Shown here in pieces: positions 17,279 through 26,322 of a stretch of DNA of 64,000 nucleotides. The number at the start of each line of letters is the position of its first letter. Positions within the stretch are counted from its first letter, which is position 1. The translations under genes and the position numbers were made by a program. Origin of the DNA: Candidatus Aldehydirespirator sp. (lineage in GTDB: Bacteria; Actinomycetota; Acidimicrobiia; Acidimicrobiales; Aldehydirespiratoraceae). Under the pieces are notes generated by a model. That model was not told the DNA's origin and searched no databases. It saw nothing but the letters and a program-made list of their open reading frames with translations. Where the stretch lies: positions 2,399,595-2,463,594 of the forward strand of contig CBDHCM010000006.1 in assembly GCA_965261105.1 (NCBI GenBank), given 5' to 3'.

Positions 17279-18352
17279 CTAATCGCCCTCCAGCACGCAC
17301 ACCAGGTTCTGTTGCAGGCACGGGCCTGACGTGGCGTGGGCCACAGCCCGATCGCCGTCTCCCCGCCAGAGGCGCGACGCGGCCTCGCCTATGCGGATCA
17401 GCCCCGACGCCATCATGGTGTGCGCGGCCAGTGCGCCCCCCGACGGGTTGACCGCGGTGGAGTCCTCGTCGATGCCGATGGCGTCCATCAGCAGGTGCTC
17501 GGAGGTGGTGTAGGGCGCGCACAGCTCGGCCAGGTCGATCTTGTCGGCGCCCGCGCCGGCCTTGTGGGCGGCCAGCCGGGCCGACATCGATGAGGTGAGG
17601 TCGCGCACTCCGAGCGTGTGGGCGTCGCTGCGGTGGTCGATGCCCCGGATCCACGCGGGCCGCTCGCACAGCTCGCGGGCCCGGCCCCCCGCGGCCAGCA
17701 CCACCGCGCAGCCGCCGTCGGCCTCCGCGGGCAAGTCCGACGGGCGCAGCGGGTCCACCGCGTATTCCTCGGCCAGGATCTCGTCCACTGACTTGGGCTC
17801 GGCCCGCACCGTGTGGGGGTTGGATGCGGCGCAGGCCCGGCTGCGGGCCGCGATCTCGGCCAAGCGGCGCTCGCTGACCTGCCCTCCCTCGAGCATCTGG
17901 CGGGCCGCCAGAGCCTCCACCGCGTGGGCGTCGGGCCATAGCGGGCACACGTAGTAGGGGTCCATCTGGGTGGCCAGCACGTCGCGCAGCGAGCCCGGTG
18001 ACGACTTCCCGTAGCTGTACACGAAGGCGGTGTCGATGCCCCCGCACTGGAGCTTGACCCAGGCCTCGTACAGGGCCCAGGCGCCGTCCTGCTCAACGTG
18101 GCTCTCGCTGATGGGAGGCACCGGGCCGGTCCCGTCGATGGTCATGACGAACGAGAACGCCTGGCCGGCCAGGAAGTCCGAGGAGCCCGAGCAGGTGAAG
18201 CCCATGTCGGACTGGGACAGGCCGACGGCGGCCTTGGCCTGCTCCATCAGCGGGACCATGAACTCCACCTCCGACTCACCGGAGATGGAGGCCTCCTGGC
18301 GCTGGGCGAACGACACCACCGCTACGTCGATCACTGCCGTTGAGCCCTCCAT
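17279..18352 (-). CDS. thiolase-like protein (second, probably non-canonical subunit)
   Basis: Thiolase-fold C-terminal block NPSGGALAAHTMMASGLIRIGEA; tightly coupled to the downstream thiolase. Confidence 0.7.
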   Translation of the reverse strand: MEGSTAVIDVAVVSFAQRQEASISGESEVEFMVPLMEQAKAAVGLSQSDMGFTCSGSSDFLAGQAFSFVMTIDGTGPVPPISESHVEQDGAWALYEAWVKLQCGGIDTAFVYSYGKSSPGSLRDVLATQMDPYYVCPLWPDAHAVEALAARQMLEGGQVSERRLAEIAARSRACAASNPHTVRAEPKSVDEILAEEYAVDPLRPSDLPAEADGGCAVVLAAGGRARELCERPAWIRGIDHRSDAHTLGVRDLTSSMSARLAAHKAGAGADKIDLAELCAPYTTSEHLLMDAIGIDEDSTAVNPSGGALAAHTMMASGLIRIGEAASRLWRGDGDRAVAHATSGPCLQQNLVCVLEGD

Positions 18353-18371
18353 GCGATACCCGGAGCCCTGG

Positions 18372-18956
18372 TCATCGCGGCTGCTCCGGCGGGGCCCGGC
18401 CGATGCGCTCGTAGTCGTCGATCACCTCATCGGGCTCGCCGCTGGGCTCCCAGCCCAAGATGTTGCCGGCCGAGGTCTCGAGCTCGTCGTCGGGCTTCCA
18501 CACGGCCCGCACCCGCATGCCGATTCGCACCTCCTCGGGCGCAGTGTTGACGACGAGGCCGAGGAAGCCCACCGAAGCGCCGTCGAGCACGATCCAGGCG
18601 CTGCAGTAGGGAGGCTTGAGGTCGGGGCGGCGCTCTATGGGCACCCTGGTGATGTTGAAGGACTCGACGTAGCCGGCGTCGGGAAGCTCGACCGCGCCCA
18701 CCGTAGCCGTGCCCGCCAGGGGGCTCACCCCCCGGGGAGGCACGAACACCTGTCCGGTAACTGGGCAGCGCTCCCCCAGGATCCGCTTTTGAGCCATGGC
18801 CCGCAGATAGCGCGACAGGGCCCGGCCCGGGGTGTAGATGTAGCTCAGTCGAATCGGGGTGCACACGCTCTGCACCGGCTCCGCGGCGGCCAGCGAGGGC
18901 GGCAGCGTCACCTCGCCGGACAGCGCGGCGGGCAGCGCCAGGGGGTCGCCGGCCAT
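18372..18956 (-). CDS. DUF35 (Zn-ribbon + OB-fold) acyl-CoA-associated protein
   Basis: RILGERCPVTGQVFVPPRGVSP then an OB-fold-like segment ending RVRAVWKP. ATG overlaps the upstream stop (ATGA). Confidence 0.7.
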   Translation of the reverse strand: MAGDPLALPAALSGEVTLPPSLAAAEPVQSVCTPIRLSYIYTPGRALSRYLRAMAQKRILGERCPVTGQVFVPPRGVSPLAGTATVGAVELPDAGYVESFNITRVPIERRPDLKPPYCSAWIVLDGASVGFLGLVVNTAPEEVRIGMRVRAVWKPDDELETSAGNILGWEPSGEPDEVIDDYERIGRAPPEQPR

Positions 18957-19408
18957 CAGCTCCGATCCCTCGGCACCGGCTCGAAGCCGGCTATGTCGGC
19001 AATGTGGCCCTCCCGCTCGCTTCGCCACACCGCCCGGACCCTCATACCTGTCGACATGTCGGCCGCGCTGGGCGCGAGCACGGCGTGCAGCATCGAGGTA
19101 TCGGCCCCGTCGAGTCGGATCAGCGCCCAGGCGAAGGGGCGGTCGAAGGGCTGCAGCGGGCGGGGCTCGCCGTTCCACGCCCAGGTCAGCACCTCGCCGC
19201 TCTGGCCGACTTCCACGATCTCGGTCAGCGGGTCCGCGGTGAGCGGGTCGTACTCGAGCGGGGGGCAGAGCACGGTTCCGTCGGCCCGGCGGACCCCGCA
19301 GATCACGCCCTCGCGCAGGCCGGTGAGGAACGCGCCGATCACCGGGCCCGTCGAGCGGGTGAAGGGATATTCGAGCACGAGCGGGGCCTGCAGGACCTCG
19401 GAGGCCAT
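18956..19408 (-). CDS. DUF35 / OB-fold family protein
   Basis: FLTGLREGVICGVRRADGTVLCPPLEYDP ... MRVRAVWRS; first gene of a 4-gene operon. Confidence 0.65.
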   Translation of the reverse strand: MASEVLQAPLVLEYPFTRSTGPVIGAFLTGLREGVICGVRRADGTVLCPPLEYDPLTADPLTEIVEVGQSGEVLTWAWNGEPRPLQPFDRPFAWALIRLDGADTSMLHAVLAPSAADMSTGMRVRAVWRSEREGHIADIAGFEPVPRDRS

Positions 19409-19481
19409 TGCCTTCGATGCTAGGGCTGCCCCGCCGCTTCAGGGTGCATGGTCGGACCCCTTCCGCGCCCCGCCACTCGAT

Positions 19482-19583
19482 CCCGCTCCTGTTCGCTGAC
19501 GCTCACGGGCCGCTCGGGCCACGGCCTCGCTCAACGCCCGGCAGAACCGTCGTGAACTGCGCCCTTTCCGCTCGGCCTCTAGG
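19482..19583 (+). repeat. dispersed ~100-nt intergenic element, copy B (intact)
   Basis: CCCGCTCCTGTTCGCTGACGCTCACGGGCCGCTCGGGCCACGGCCTCGCTCAACGCC...CCGCTCGGCCTCTAGG. The terminal CTAG supplies the stop codon of the membrane-protein gene. Confidence 0.85.
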
Positions 19584-20994
19584 CGCCGAGCAGGAGGAGC
19601 AGGCCGATGACGGTGTAGCAGATCATCACGGCCAGCATCGGGTACTGCGAGCGCACCGCCAGACGGCGCGGCCAGCGCTCCACGGCCCGGTCGTGGGCCA
19701 CCGCCACGGCTAGCACATGGCCCACCGCGATGGCCGCGGTCTGCACCCAGGCGATGGTGTCGGTGGAGATCAGCGTGAAGTCCACCTGGTGGGTGGCCGT
19801 GCCGAAGAGGTCCCATCCCCGGCCGAAGGGATCGGACAAATGGGCGATTATCTGTTGGCCCTCCAGCACCAGGTAGCTGAAGTAGTGGGCGACGGTGTAG
19901 GCCGCCGCTATGGGCAGCAGGGACGGGGCGAACACCACGGTCAGATCCCTCTCGGTGTCGCCGGTGACCGAGGCCATGACCGCGATGGCGGCCCGGTACA
20001 GCAGGGCCACCGCGAAGATGACGAACGCCATCCCCACGGTGTTGACCGCGGTCAGCTCCCAGCCGATGCGGTTAGCGGCCACGTCACGCCAGATGCCACT
20101 GCGACTGAAGCCGTCAAAGGTGGTGGAGCCCAGCACCACCAGGATGAATGCCACCGAGCCCCTCTTGATCGGCTCGGTGGCCAGGCCCGCGAGCGGGGCC
20201 CGCATCCTCCAGGCTCCGTCGTCGTCGCGGTGCAGCGGGGCGATGGCCGAGAGCTTGGTGAACAGCACTCCGAAGCCCTCGGCGTCGCGCACCCAGCCCG
20301 GGCCGAACACCGCGGCCCCGGCCAGCATCGCGACCGTGTAGGCGGCCAGATAGGCGCCCAAGACCCGGGGCTCGGAGTTGTCGTGGTAGGCCAGCTCGAG
20401 CCACACGAACCCGAAGACGGCCGCCACCGCCCACCACTGGTTGCCGGCGCCCCGGCCCGGCTCCGACACCGGGCGGCCCCTCAGCCGAGCCCAACCCCAG
20501 ACCGAGGCGTCGGCCGCGGTGCAGAACGGATTCAGTCCCCGCCACACGTCGCCGATCAGCACCGACACGGCCTGCAGGCCCACCCAGAACACGATGTATA
20601 GCGCGACCGGGGCGATGTTCACCGAGGGGTTGGTGTTGCCGGCCAGCCCGGCGTAGAGCAGGACGCCCAAGGCGAACAGGCCGGCAGCTCGAGCCATCAG
20701 CGCGAGCGCCTGGCCCGCCCGCTGGAGCGGCTCGGGCAGGGTCCGCCCCGCGGCAGCCGCCCGGAGCCGGGGCGTCTCCCAGAACATGCCCAGCGCCACG
20801 AACGACGCGGCCACTGCGAACGACGCGGCCCAGACAAGCTGCCACGCCGGTATGGGCAGATCAGTCCGGCCGCCCACACCGTGCGCGGCGGCAGGACCGG
20901 CCCAGGCCCACAGCGCGGCCGCGGCCAGCGCGGCCGCCGCCGCGGCTCTCGGGCGGACCCGCCGCCTGGCGCCGGCGGCACTCCCCGGTCTCAT
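19579..20994 (-). CDS. polytopic integral membrane protein, function unknown
   Basis: Signal-like N-terminus ending AAAHG, then about 10 hydrophobic segments. Start taken at MRPGSAAG; the upstream part of the track ORF is Pro/Arg-rich junk. Confidence 0.6.
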   Translation of the reverse strand: MRPGSAAGARRRVRPRAAAAAALAAAALWAWAGPAAAHGVGGRTDLPIPAWQLVWAASFAVAASFVALGMFWETPRLRAAAAGRTLPEPLQRAGQALALMARAAGLFALGVLLYAGLAGNTNPSVNIAPVALYIVFWVGLQAVSVLIGDVWRGLNPFCTAADASVWGWARLRGRPVSEPGRGAGNQWWAVAAVFGFVWLELAYHDNSEPRVLGAYLAAYTVAMLAGAAVFGPGWVRDAEGFGVLFTKLSAIAPLHRDDDGAWRMRAPLAGLATEPIKRGSVAFILVVLGSTTFDGFSRSGIWRDVAANRIGWELTAVNTVGMAFVIFAVALLYRAAIAVMASVTGDTERDLTVVFAPSLLPIAAAYTVAHYFSYLVLEGQQIIAHLSDPFGRGWDLFGTATHQVDFTLISTDTIAWVQTAAIAVGHVLAVAVAHDRAVERWPRRLAVRSQYPMLAVMICYTVIGLLLLLGA

Positions 20995-21061
20995 GGCAGC
21001 AACGGCTCCCGAGCTGTCTGTACCTCCGGGGCACGGCCGGCGCCGAGTTCGGGGCGTCGGT

Positions 21062-22138
21062 TCATGGCAGGAACGGCGCCGGGTCCACCGCGGTCCCGTC
21101 GACGCGGGCCTCGAAGTGCAGGTGCGGTCCGGTGGTCCGCCCGGTGGAGCCCATGGCCCCCAGCAGCTGGCCGGCATCTACGTCGTCGTCGGGACCGACC
21201 GCGAAGGAGTCGAGGTGCGCGTAGACGGTGGAGAGGCCCGCTCCGTGGTACACGACCACAGTGTTGCCGTAGAACGGGCAGTTCCGGGCCGAGATGACCT
21301 CGCCGTCGAGTACGGCCACCACCGGATCGCCGGTGTCGCCCCTGATGTCGGCCCCGTTGTGCTGGGAAAAGTAGCCCGTGACCGGATGCACCCGCATCCC
21401 GAAGCCCGAGCCGACCTCCCCGGGGGCCGGGAGTTGCTCCATGGGCAGGAACGCGTCGATGCCGAGGTCGGCGCGCTGTTGCGCGGCCCGGTCGCGCATG
21501 TCGGCCTCGACCCGGCGCAGTCCGTCCGCGATCAGCCTCAGGTCCCCGATCGTCTCCTCGTTGACCTCGATCTCCTCAAGGTCCTCGTCCACGCTGCGGT
21601 ACAGCAGGTAGATGCGCATCTCGTCGCCGCCGATGCTGTCGGTGACCACCTGCTCCAGGATCTTCTCCAGCGGCTGCGGGCAGGGGACCCGCATGCCGGG
21701 GTGCAGCACCGCAGTGTCCGAGACCGGGGTCGCCGACGGCAGCGGAAGGTCGCACCAGCCGCGGGAGTCCTCCCGCCATGCGCCTCCCAGCCCCTCGCAG
21801 GCCTCCTGCACCGACAGCGGCTCTGAGGGCGCCTGCCGGCTGGCCAGCTCGATCGCGGCCGCGATCGCGGCCGCGTCCACGGCTTCGTCGGCGGACGGAG
21901 TGGTCGGCGCGACCGGACTGGCCGTTGCAGTCGGCTCGGATGGGTCGACGGTGTCGGTGGGCTCGGATGGGTCGACGGTGTCGGTCGGCTCGGACGGGGC
22001 CACCCGTTCGGCTGCGTCGACCGGCGAATCCCGCGGGCCGACCAGCAGATCCGGGGTCTCGCGTATCAGCCAGGATGCCGCAGCCAGCACAATCAAGAGA
22101 ACGACGACAAGCGCAAGGAACCCTCGCCATTCACCCAC
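21062..22138 (-). CDS. M23-family metallopeptidase, membrane-anchored
   Basis: N-terminal TM helix; C-terminal HNGADIRG...GNTVVVYH...YAHL...GSTGRTTGPHLHFE. Contains a 27-bp repeat (PSEPTDTVD x2.3) at about 21933-21995. Confidence 0.85.
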   Translation of the reverse strand: MGEWRGFLALVVVLLIVLAAASWLIRETPDLLVGPRDSPVDAAERVAPSEPTDTVDPSEPTDTVDPSEPTATASPVAPTTPSADEAVDAAAIAAAIELASRQAPSEPLSVQEACEGLGGAWREDSRGWCDLPLPSATPVSDTAVLHPGMRVPCPQPLEKILEQVVTDSIGGDEMRIYLLYRSVDEDLEEIEVNEETIGDLRLIADGLRRVEADMRDRAAQQRADLGIDAFLPMEQLPAPGEVGSGFGMRVHPVTGYFSQHNGADIRGDTGDPVVAVLDGEVISARNCPFYGNTVVVYHGAGLSTVYAHLDSFAVGPDDDVDAGQLLGAMGSTGRTTGPHLHFEARVDGTAVDPAPFLP

Positions 22139-22197
22139 GATCCGTCCCGCTAGCGCAGTGGCGGCTGCCCGAGATCACTGCTCAGAGACTGTACCGG

Positions 22198-22271
22198 TGG
22201 GCGATACTGGACTCGAACCAGTGACCTCTGCCGTGTGAAGGCAGCGCTCTAGCCATCTGAGCTAATCGCCC
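22198..22271 (-). tRNA. tRNA-Val (anticodon CAC)
   Basis: Hand-folded cloverleaf: acceptor GGGCGAT/ATCGCCC, D arm GCTC..GAGC, anticodon stem CTGCC/GGCAG with loop TTCACAC, T arm ACTGG-TTCGAGT-CCAGT. 74 nt; CCA not encoded. Confidence 0.9.
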
Positions 22272-22476
22272 GGAAAGAGCGAGGCTACCAGCGGCCCCGA
22301 TGCGGGGCTACGGCGACTGCCTGATCACTGCGCGGCGACGCGCAGCGCGCGTTCCATCAGATCGCGGTCGCCCAGCCTGTGGCGCAATTCGTCCTCCAAC
22401 CCGGCGATCGGATACAGGTTCTGCGGTGCCCGGGCGTCTTTGTGGGGCTCGCTCGCATAGCGGGGCAGGGTCGCGG

Positions 22477-23700
22477 TCACTGTGTCGGCTCGACATGCCG
22501 CAAGCCGCCAACCGGCTGGACGTCGGGAGCGTGGGCCGGGCCGTGGTGGATTCGATCGGTCGGTGCGATGGTTCGCAGGCCGTGCCCGTCGGGCACCACC
22601 TTCCATCCGTGGCGGTGGACCTTCTGATGGCAGTGCCAGCACAGCGGAATCATGTTGGTGATGTCGGTGGCTCCACCTTGCGATACCGGATTGATGTGGT
22701 GAGCCTGACACAACAGGGGCTGCGCACCGCAGCCTGCACATCCGCCGTACTTGGCGATCAGGGCCCTGAACTGAGCCTCGGTCGCGATGGTCTTGGTGTG
22801 ACCGTGCCGCAGCGGCACACCCTTGTCGCTGAACACGATTCCCGTGATCTTGGCGTTGCTCATGTGCTCTTCGAGCACGCTCTGGGGAATCACCGCTCCG
22901 CCCGCGATCTCAGCGAAGTCTCGGGTGCCGTCGGCGCTGAGATGCTGCACGATGGCGATGTCAGCGCGGCGGCCAGAGCCGCCCCTGCTGCTGTCGGCGG
23001 TGAGAGTCTCCAGAGCATCGGCCATTCGCTGGTGGTGGCTGCGCCGTTCCACTTCTGGGTGCTTCAGGTCCTCCCGGCGCAGCGTCTCGGCCTGCTCGTG
23101 GAGGCGCTTGCGCAGCTTCGCGCCCGCAACCGGGTCGAACTCGCCACGCAGATGCACCATGCCGTCGTCGCCGTCCCAGATGCTCAGGCGGCGCCGACGC
23201 CGCATCCGCTGCCAGGCAGCCTCGCCGTCATCGGCCTGGCGCTGAACCGCCCACCGGCCCGCCTCTCGGGCGAACTGCTCCGGGGGAAGCGAAGCGGCCT
23301 TGGCCAGCAGTTCGGCGTCTTCCGTTACGGCCTCGGGGCTGGTCTTGTCCGAGGCGTCAGCCAGGGCCCTCGCGTTGTTGAAGGACACCTGCCCGCTCTC
23401 GACAGCCCGCTGCACCTCGGGCAGGGCCTGCAGTCTCTGAGCTGTCTTGACCTGCCCTACGGCTTCCCGCCGGGACAGACCTGCGGCCTTGGTCAGCACC
23501 CCGGCACCGCCGTCGCCGTGGCGCTCGCGGGCGGCCAGGTTCCCGGCCGCATGGGTCTGGCAGGCGTCGAGCTTGGCCCGCATCGACTTGAACGCCTCCA
23601 GCCCTCTGCGCAGCTCACCCGTCGAGGTCTCGCCGGACTTGCTCAGTACCAGAACCTCGTCCAGCGCGGCCTCGGCTCGTCGGATCGCCTCCGTCATCAT
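22477..23700 (-). CDS. DUF222 + HNH endonuclease domain protein (13E12-repeat-like), copy 1
   Basis: ARERHGDGGAGVL..., LSIWDGDDGMVHLRGEFDPVAGA, C-terminal CAGCGAQPLLCQAHHINPVSQGGATDITNMIPLCWHCHQKVH (HNH). Paralogue at 47170-49005. Confidence 0.85.
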   Translation of the reverse strand: MMTEAIRRAEAALDEVLVLSKSGETSTGELRRGLEAFKSMRAKLDACQTHAAGNLAARERHGDGGAGVLTKAAGLSRREAVGQVKTAQRLQALPEVQRAVESGQVSFNNARALADASDKTSPEAVTEDAELLAKAASLPPEQFAREAGRWAVQRQADDGEAAWQRMRRRRRLSIWDGDDGMVHLRGEFDPVAGAKLRKRLHEQAETLRREDLKHPEVERRSHHQRMADALETLTADSSRGGSGRRADIAIVQHLSADGTRDFAEIAGGAVIPQSVLEEHMSNAKITGIVFSDKGVPLRHGHTKTIATEAQFRALIAKYGGCAGCGAQPLLCQAHHINPVSQGGATDITNMIPLCWHCHQKVHRHGWKVVPDGHGLRTIAPTDRIHHGPAHAPDVQPVGGLRHVEPTQ

Positions 23701-23707
23701 GGACAAC

Positions 23708-23737
23708 ATTATGCCACACCCCTGTGACATCTATCAA
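23708..23737 (-). promoter_or_regulatory. putative leaderless promoter of DUF222-HNH copy 1 (TTGATA-N18-CATAAT-N7-ATG)
   Basis: Read on the minus strand. The same architecture and partly conserved sequence occur upstream of copy 2. Confidence 0.5.
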
Positions 23738-23817
23738 GTATCTACATGCCTTTAAAGTAAGATTCATATCTCAAAGAGGCCGTCGGACCCCGGCCGCGGC
23801 ACCCCCTCGGCTCATGA

Positions 23818-24328
23818 CTAGGCCTCTACCCGCTCGACCGACGACGTGACCGGGCCCTTTGACACTTCGAAGCGCACGGGCATCCGCTCGGCTAACTCGC
23901 GGATGTGGGTCACGATGCACACCATCCGCCCCGCCGCGCCCAACTCTTCGATGGTAGCCGCGACGACAGCAAGCGTGTCGGGATCAAGGGTGCCGAAACC
24001 CTCGTCGAGGAACAGCGAGTCCAGGTCCGGACTGTCCTCCGTCGCCATCTCGGATTGGCTGTCTCTGAGGGCCGGCGCAAGGGCGAGGCTGGCCAAGAAC
24101 GTCTCGCCCCCTGACAGGGTCTTAGCTCCCCGCACCTCGTCGGCATTGTGGTGATCGCGGATGTCGAACGACGTGCCGTCGGCCACGAACGAATACTGCT
24201 GGTTCGACAACTCCAGCAGCCGCTCATTGGCACGCTCCACCAAGTCGCCGACCGCCTCCTCCATGAGCCATCGCTCAAATCCGTCGGAAGGCCCCGAAAC
24301 CGGTCATGCGCAGCTTCACGGGCCTCAC
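23818..24328 (-). pseudogene. sbcC: SbcC/Rad50-family ATPase remnant: 17-codon N-terminus fused by deletion to the last 148 codons
   Basis: GTG-RPVKLRMTGFGAFRRI-stop (24328..24275), then LSGGETFLASLALA...LFLDEGFGTLD...VCIVTHIREL (signature, Walker B, D-loop). The several-hundred-residue coiled-coil middle is missing. Confidence 0.6.
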
Positions 24329-24564
24329 GGCTGCACAGCCTCCCGTTGGGCCTCGTGCTGGGCTTCGAGCAGCTCGGCGAACAGCGACCTCACCCGCTCA
24401 TCGGCGATATTGCGATCGGCCAAGAACCCGTTAAACAGCTGCTCGGGCGTCCGGCCAACCCGTGAGCGCCGCGTTGGGATGCTGGGGCCGTCTAGTCTGT
24501 GCCATGTGAACTTCTCCTGGGGGAGGTCGGGGGTAGTTGACGACCCGCATCCTCCCTCAGGAGA
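24325..24564 (-). pseudogene. probable SbcD/Mre11 C-terminal fragment
   Basis: Open frame ...GRTPEQLFNGFLADRNIADERVRSLFAELLEAQHEAQREAVQP-stop, with the stop overlapping the sbcC GTG (GTGA) as in sbcDC operons. No nuclease domain upstream. Confidence 0.4.
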
Positions 24565-24652
24565 TCACCCAGACCCGGTCACCCCCACACGACGCAGCAG
24601 GGACAACGTCTTGGGTTGTCACATGCGTGTTTGAATCTTGGGTGTGGCAGAC

Positions 24653-24787
24653 GCCGGCGAGGATGATCCCGAGGCTGCGGCCCCGCTCGGCCACATCCAG
24701 CAGGATCTCCTTGATCGGGCTGCTGCCGTGGCGCGGGGCGTACTTGTTGAGCTCGTCGAGCACCACGAACTGCAGCGGCCGAGCCAC
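24653..24787 (-). pseudogene. fragment of a HerA/DUF87-type ATPase (Walker B region only)
   Basis: [43 protein letters not shown] matches the hhhhDE-aHxyaP...aREGRK/S pattern. About 45 residues of a normally ~600-aa protein, abutting the amidase stop. Confidence 0.45.
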
Positions 24788-24800
24788 ACCGCTGCACTCT

Positions 24801-26213
24801 TCAGGCCAGGTCCGGGGCTATGGGGTTGAGGGCGAGGAGATCCTCGATCACCGCGAGAGTCTCGAGCACGGCCAGGTCGTCGAGTTGGTGGCCCACGACT
24901 TGCAGGCCGATCGGTACACCCTCGCTGCTGAATCCGCAGCACACCGTGCCGGCCGGGCGCCGAGTGAGGTTGGCCAGGGGCGTGAACCGGAACCAGTTGG
25001 GAGTCTCCTCGCCGTTGACGGTGCCGTGCCCGCCCGGCGCGGGAGCCTGGCCCGCGAGCGTCGGCATGAGCAGCACGTCGTAGCCGTCCATCGCCTCCGC
25101 GAGAGCCACAGACAGCTCGCCGGCCTGCCGGCGGGCCTCGTACAGCGATACCGCGGTGACCCGTTCGTAGACGTCCTCCAGCATCCGGGCGAGCACGTCG
25201 GTCACGTTGGCCCACTCGTCGGTGCCGTACAGCGAACGGAACACAGGACCGATCAGCCCCCCGAAGAACAGCTGAAGGAAGACCCCGGGCACCGACCCGA
25301 ACTCCGTCTGAGCCTCGACGACGTCGGTGCCCTCGGCCGCCAGACGGTCCACCGCGGCCGCGCAGGCCGCGGCGATCTCGGAGTCGACCGGACCGCCGTC
25401 GATCGACGGAGCCCACAGCACCCGGGCCGGGACGCGGGGGCTGTCGAGCGCGGCCCGCCAGGAAACCCCCGGCGCAGGCAGGCTGCGCAGGTCGGCCGGG
25501 TGGGGGCCGACCACCGCATCGAGACACAGGGCCACGTCGCGGATGAGTCGCGCCATCGGTCCCACGCATGACAGATCGATCAGGCCCGACGGCGGTGGAC
25601 CGCTCGGCACCCGGCCGTGGCTGGTCTTGAGGCCCGACAGTCCGCATATCGCCGACGGGATCCGGATCGAGCCTCCCCCGTCGGAGCCGGTCCCCACCGG
25701 GACCATGCCCGCGGCTATGGCGGAGCCGGTCCCGCCCGACGACCCGCCCGGGGAGCGCTCAAGGTTCCACGGATTGAGCGTGGCCCCGAACCGGGGGTTG
25801 TAGGTGTCGCCCATGCAGCCATGCTCGGGGGTGTTGGTCTTGCCCAGCACCACGCAGCCCGCGGACCGCAGCCGGGCAACCTCGGTGCAGTCGGAGACAG
25901 CCGGCGCGGCGCCGCGGGTGTACATGGCGCCCTTGCTGGTGTGGAACCCGGTCGCGTCGACGAGATCCTTCACGCCGATCGGGACTCCCGCCAGCGGCCC
26001 GACATCGTCGCCGGCATCGATTCGCGCGTCGATCGCGGCGGCCTCGGACCGTGCTGCGTCGGCGTTCACCGCGACGAAGGCGTTCAGCACGCCGTTGAGA
26101 GCCTCGATGCGCTCCAGCGCGTGCTCGGTGACCGCGGCGGCAGTGAGGGTGCGGTCCCGCACCATCGCCGCGAGGGCCTCCACCGTCACGGTTCGGAAGT
26201 CGGGTACGTCCAT
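24801..26213 (-). CDS. amidase (amidase-signature family)
   Basis: [36 protein letters not shown] (AS signature with the Ser-cisSer-Lys triad context). Confidence 0.85.
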   Translation of the reverse strand: MDVPDFRTVTVEALAAMVRDRTLTAAAVTEHALERIEALNGVLNAFVAVNADAARSEAAAIDARIDAGDDVGPLAGVPIGVKDLVDATGFHTSKGAMYTRGAAPAVSDCTEVARLRSAGCVVLGKTNTPEHGCMGDTYNPRFGATLNPWNLERSPGGSSGGTGSAIAAGMVPVGTGSDGGGSIRIPSAICGLSGLKTSHGRVPSGPPPSGLIDLSCVGPMARLIRDVALCLDAVVGPHPADLRSLPAPGVSWRAALDSPRVPARVLWAPSIDGGPVDSEIAAACAAAVDRLAAEGTDVVEAQTEFGSVPGVFLQLFFGGLIGPVFRSLYGTDEWANVTDVLARMLEDVYERVTAVSLYEARRQAGELSVALAEAMDGYDVLLMPTLAGQAPAPGGHGTVNGEETPNWFRFTPLANLTRRPAGTVCCGFSSEGVPIGLQVVGHQLDDLAVLETLAVIEDLLALNPIAPDLA

Positions 26214-26322
26214 TGCCTCAAACCTTTCGTGGAGGGGAAGGAGTCCGCTGATGGGAAGCCCGCCGATGGGCGGTGCGCCGGAATGGCCGGCGGCACGCCC
26301 GATGGCGGCGCCGATGATTCAA

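Noticed and set aside
16038-19499. 414-aa and 489-aa + ORFs plus the 644-aa extended form of the thiolase ORF
   Set aside because: Antisense or out-of-frame to the DUF35/thiolase genes. The extended thiolase N-terminus is Arg/Gly/Pro junk overlapping the upstream gene.
22325-22476. Minus-strand ORF tail ...LEDELRHRLGDRDLMERALRVAAQ between the HNH gene and the tRNA as a gene fragment
   Set aside because: Protein-like for only about 25 residues, with no recognisable family. The rest of the ORF overlaps the HNH gene out of frame.
26214-26322. Repeated GCCGATGG-like motifs in the murF-amidase spacer
   Set aside because: Four short, irregularly spaced, imperfect matches in GC-rich DNA; not distinguishable from chance by eye.
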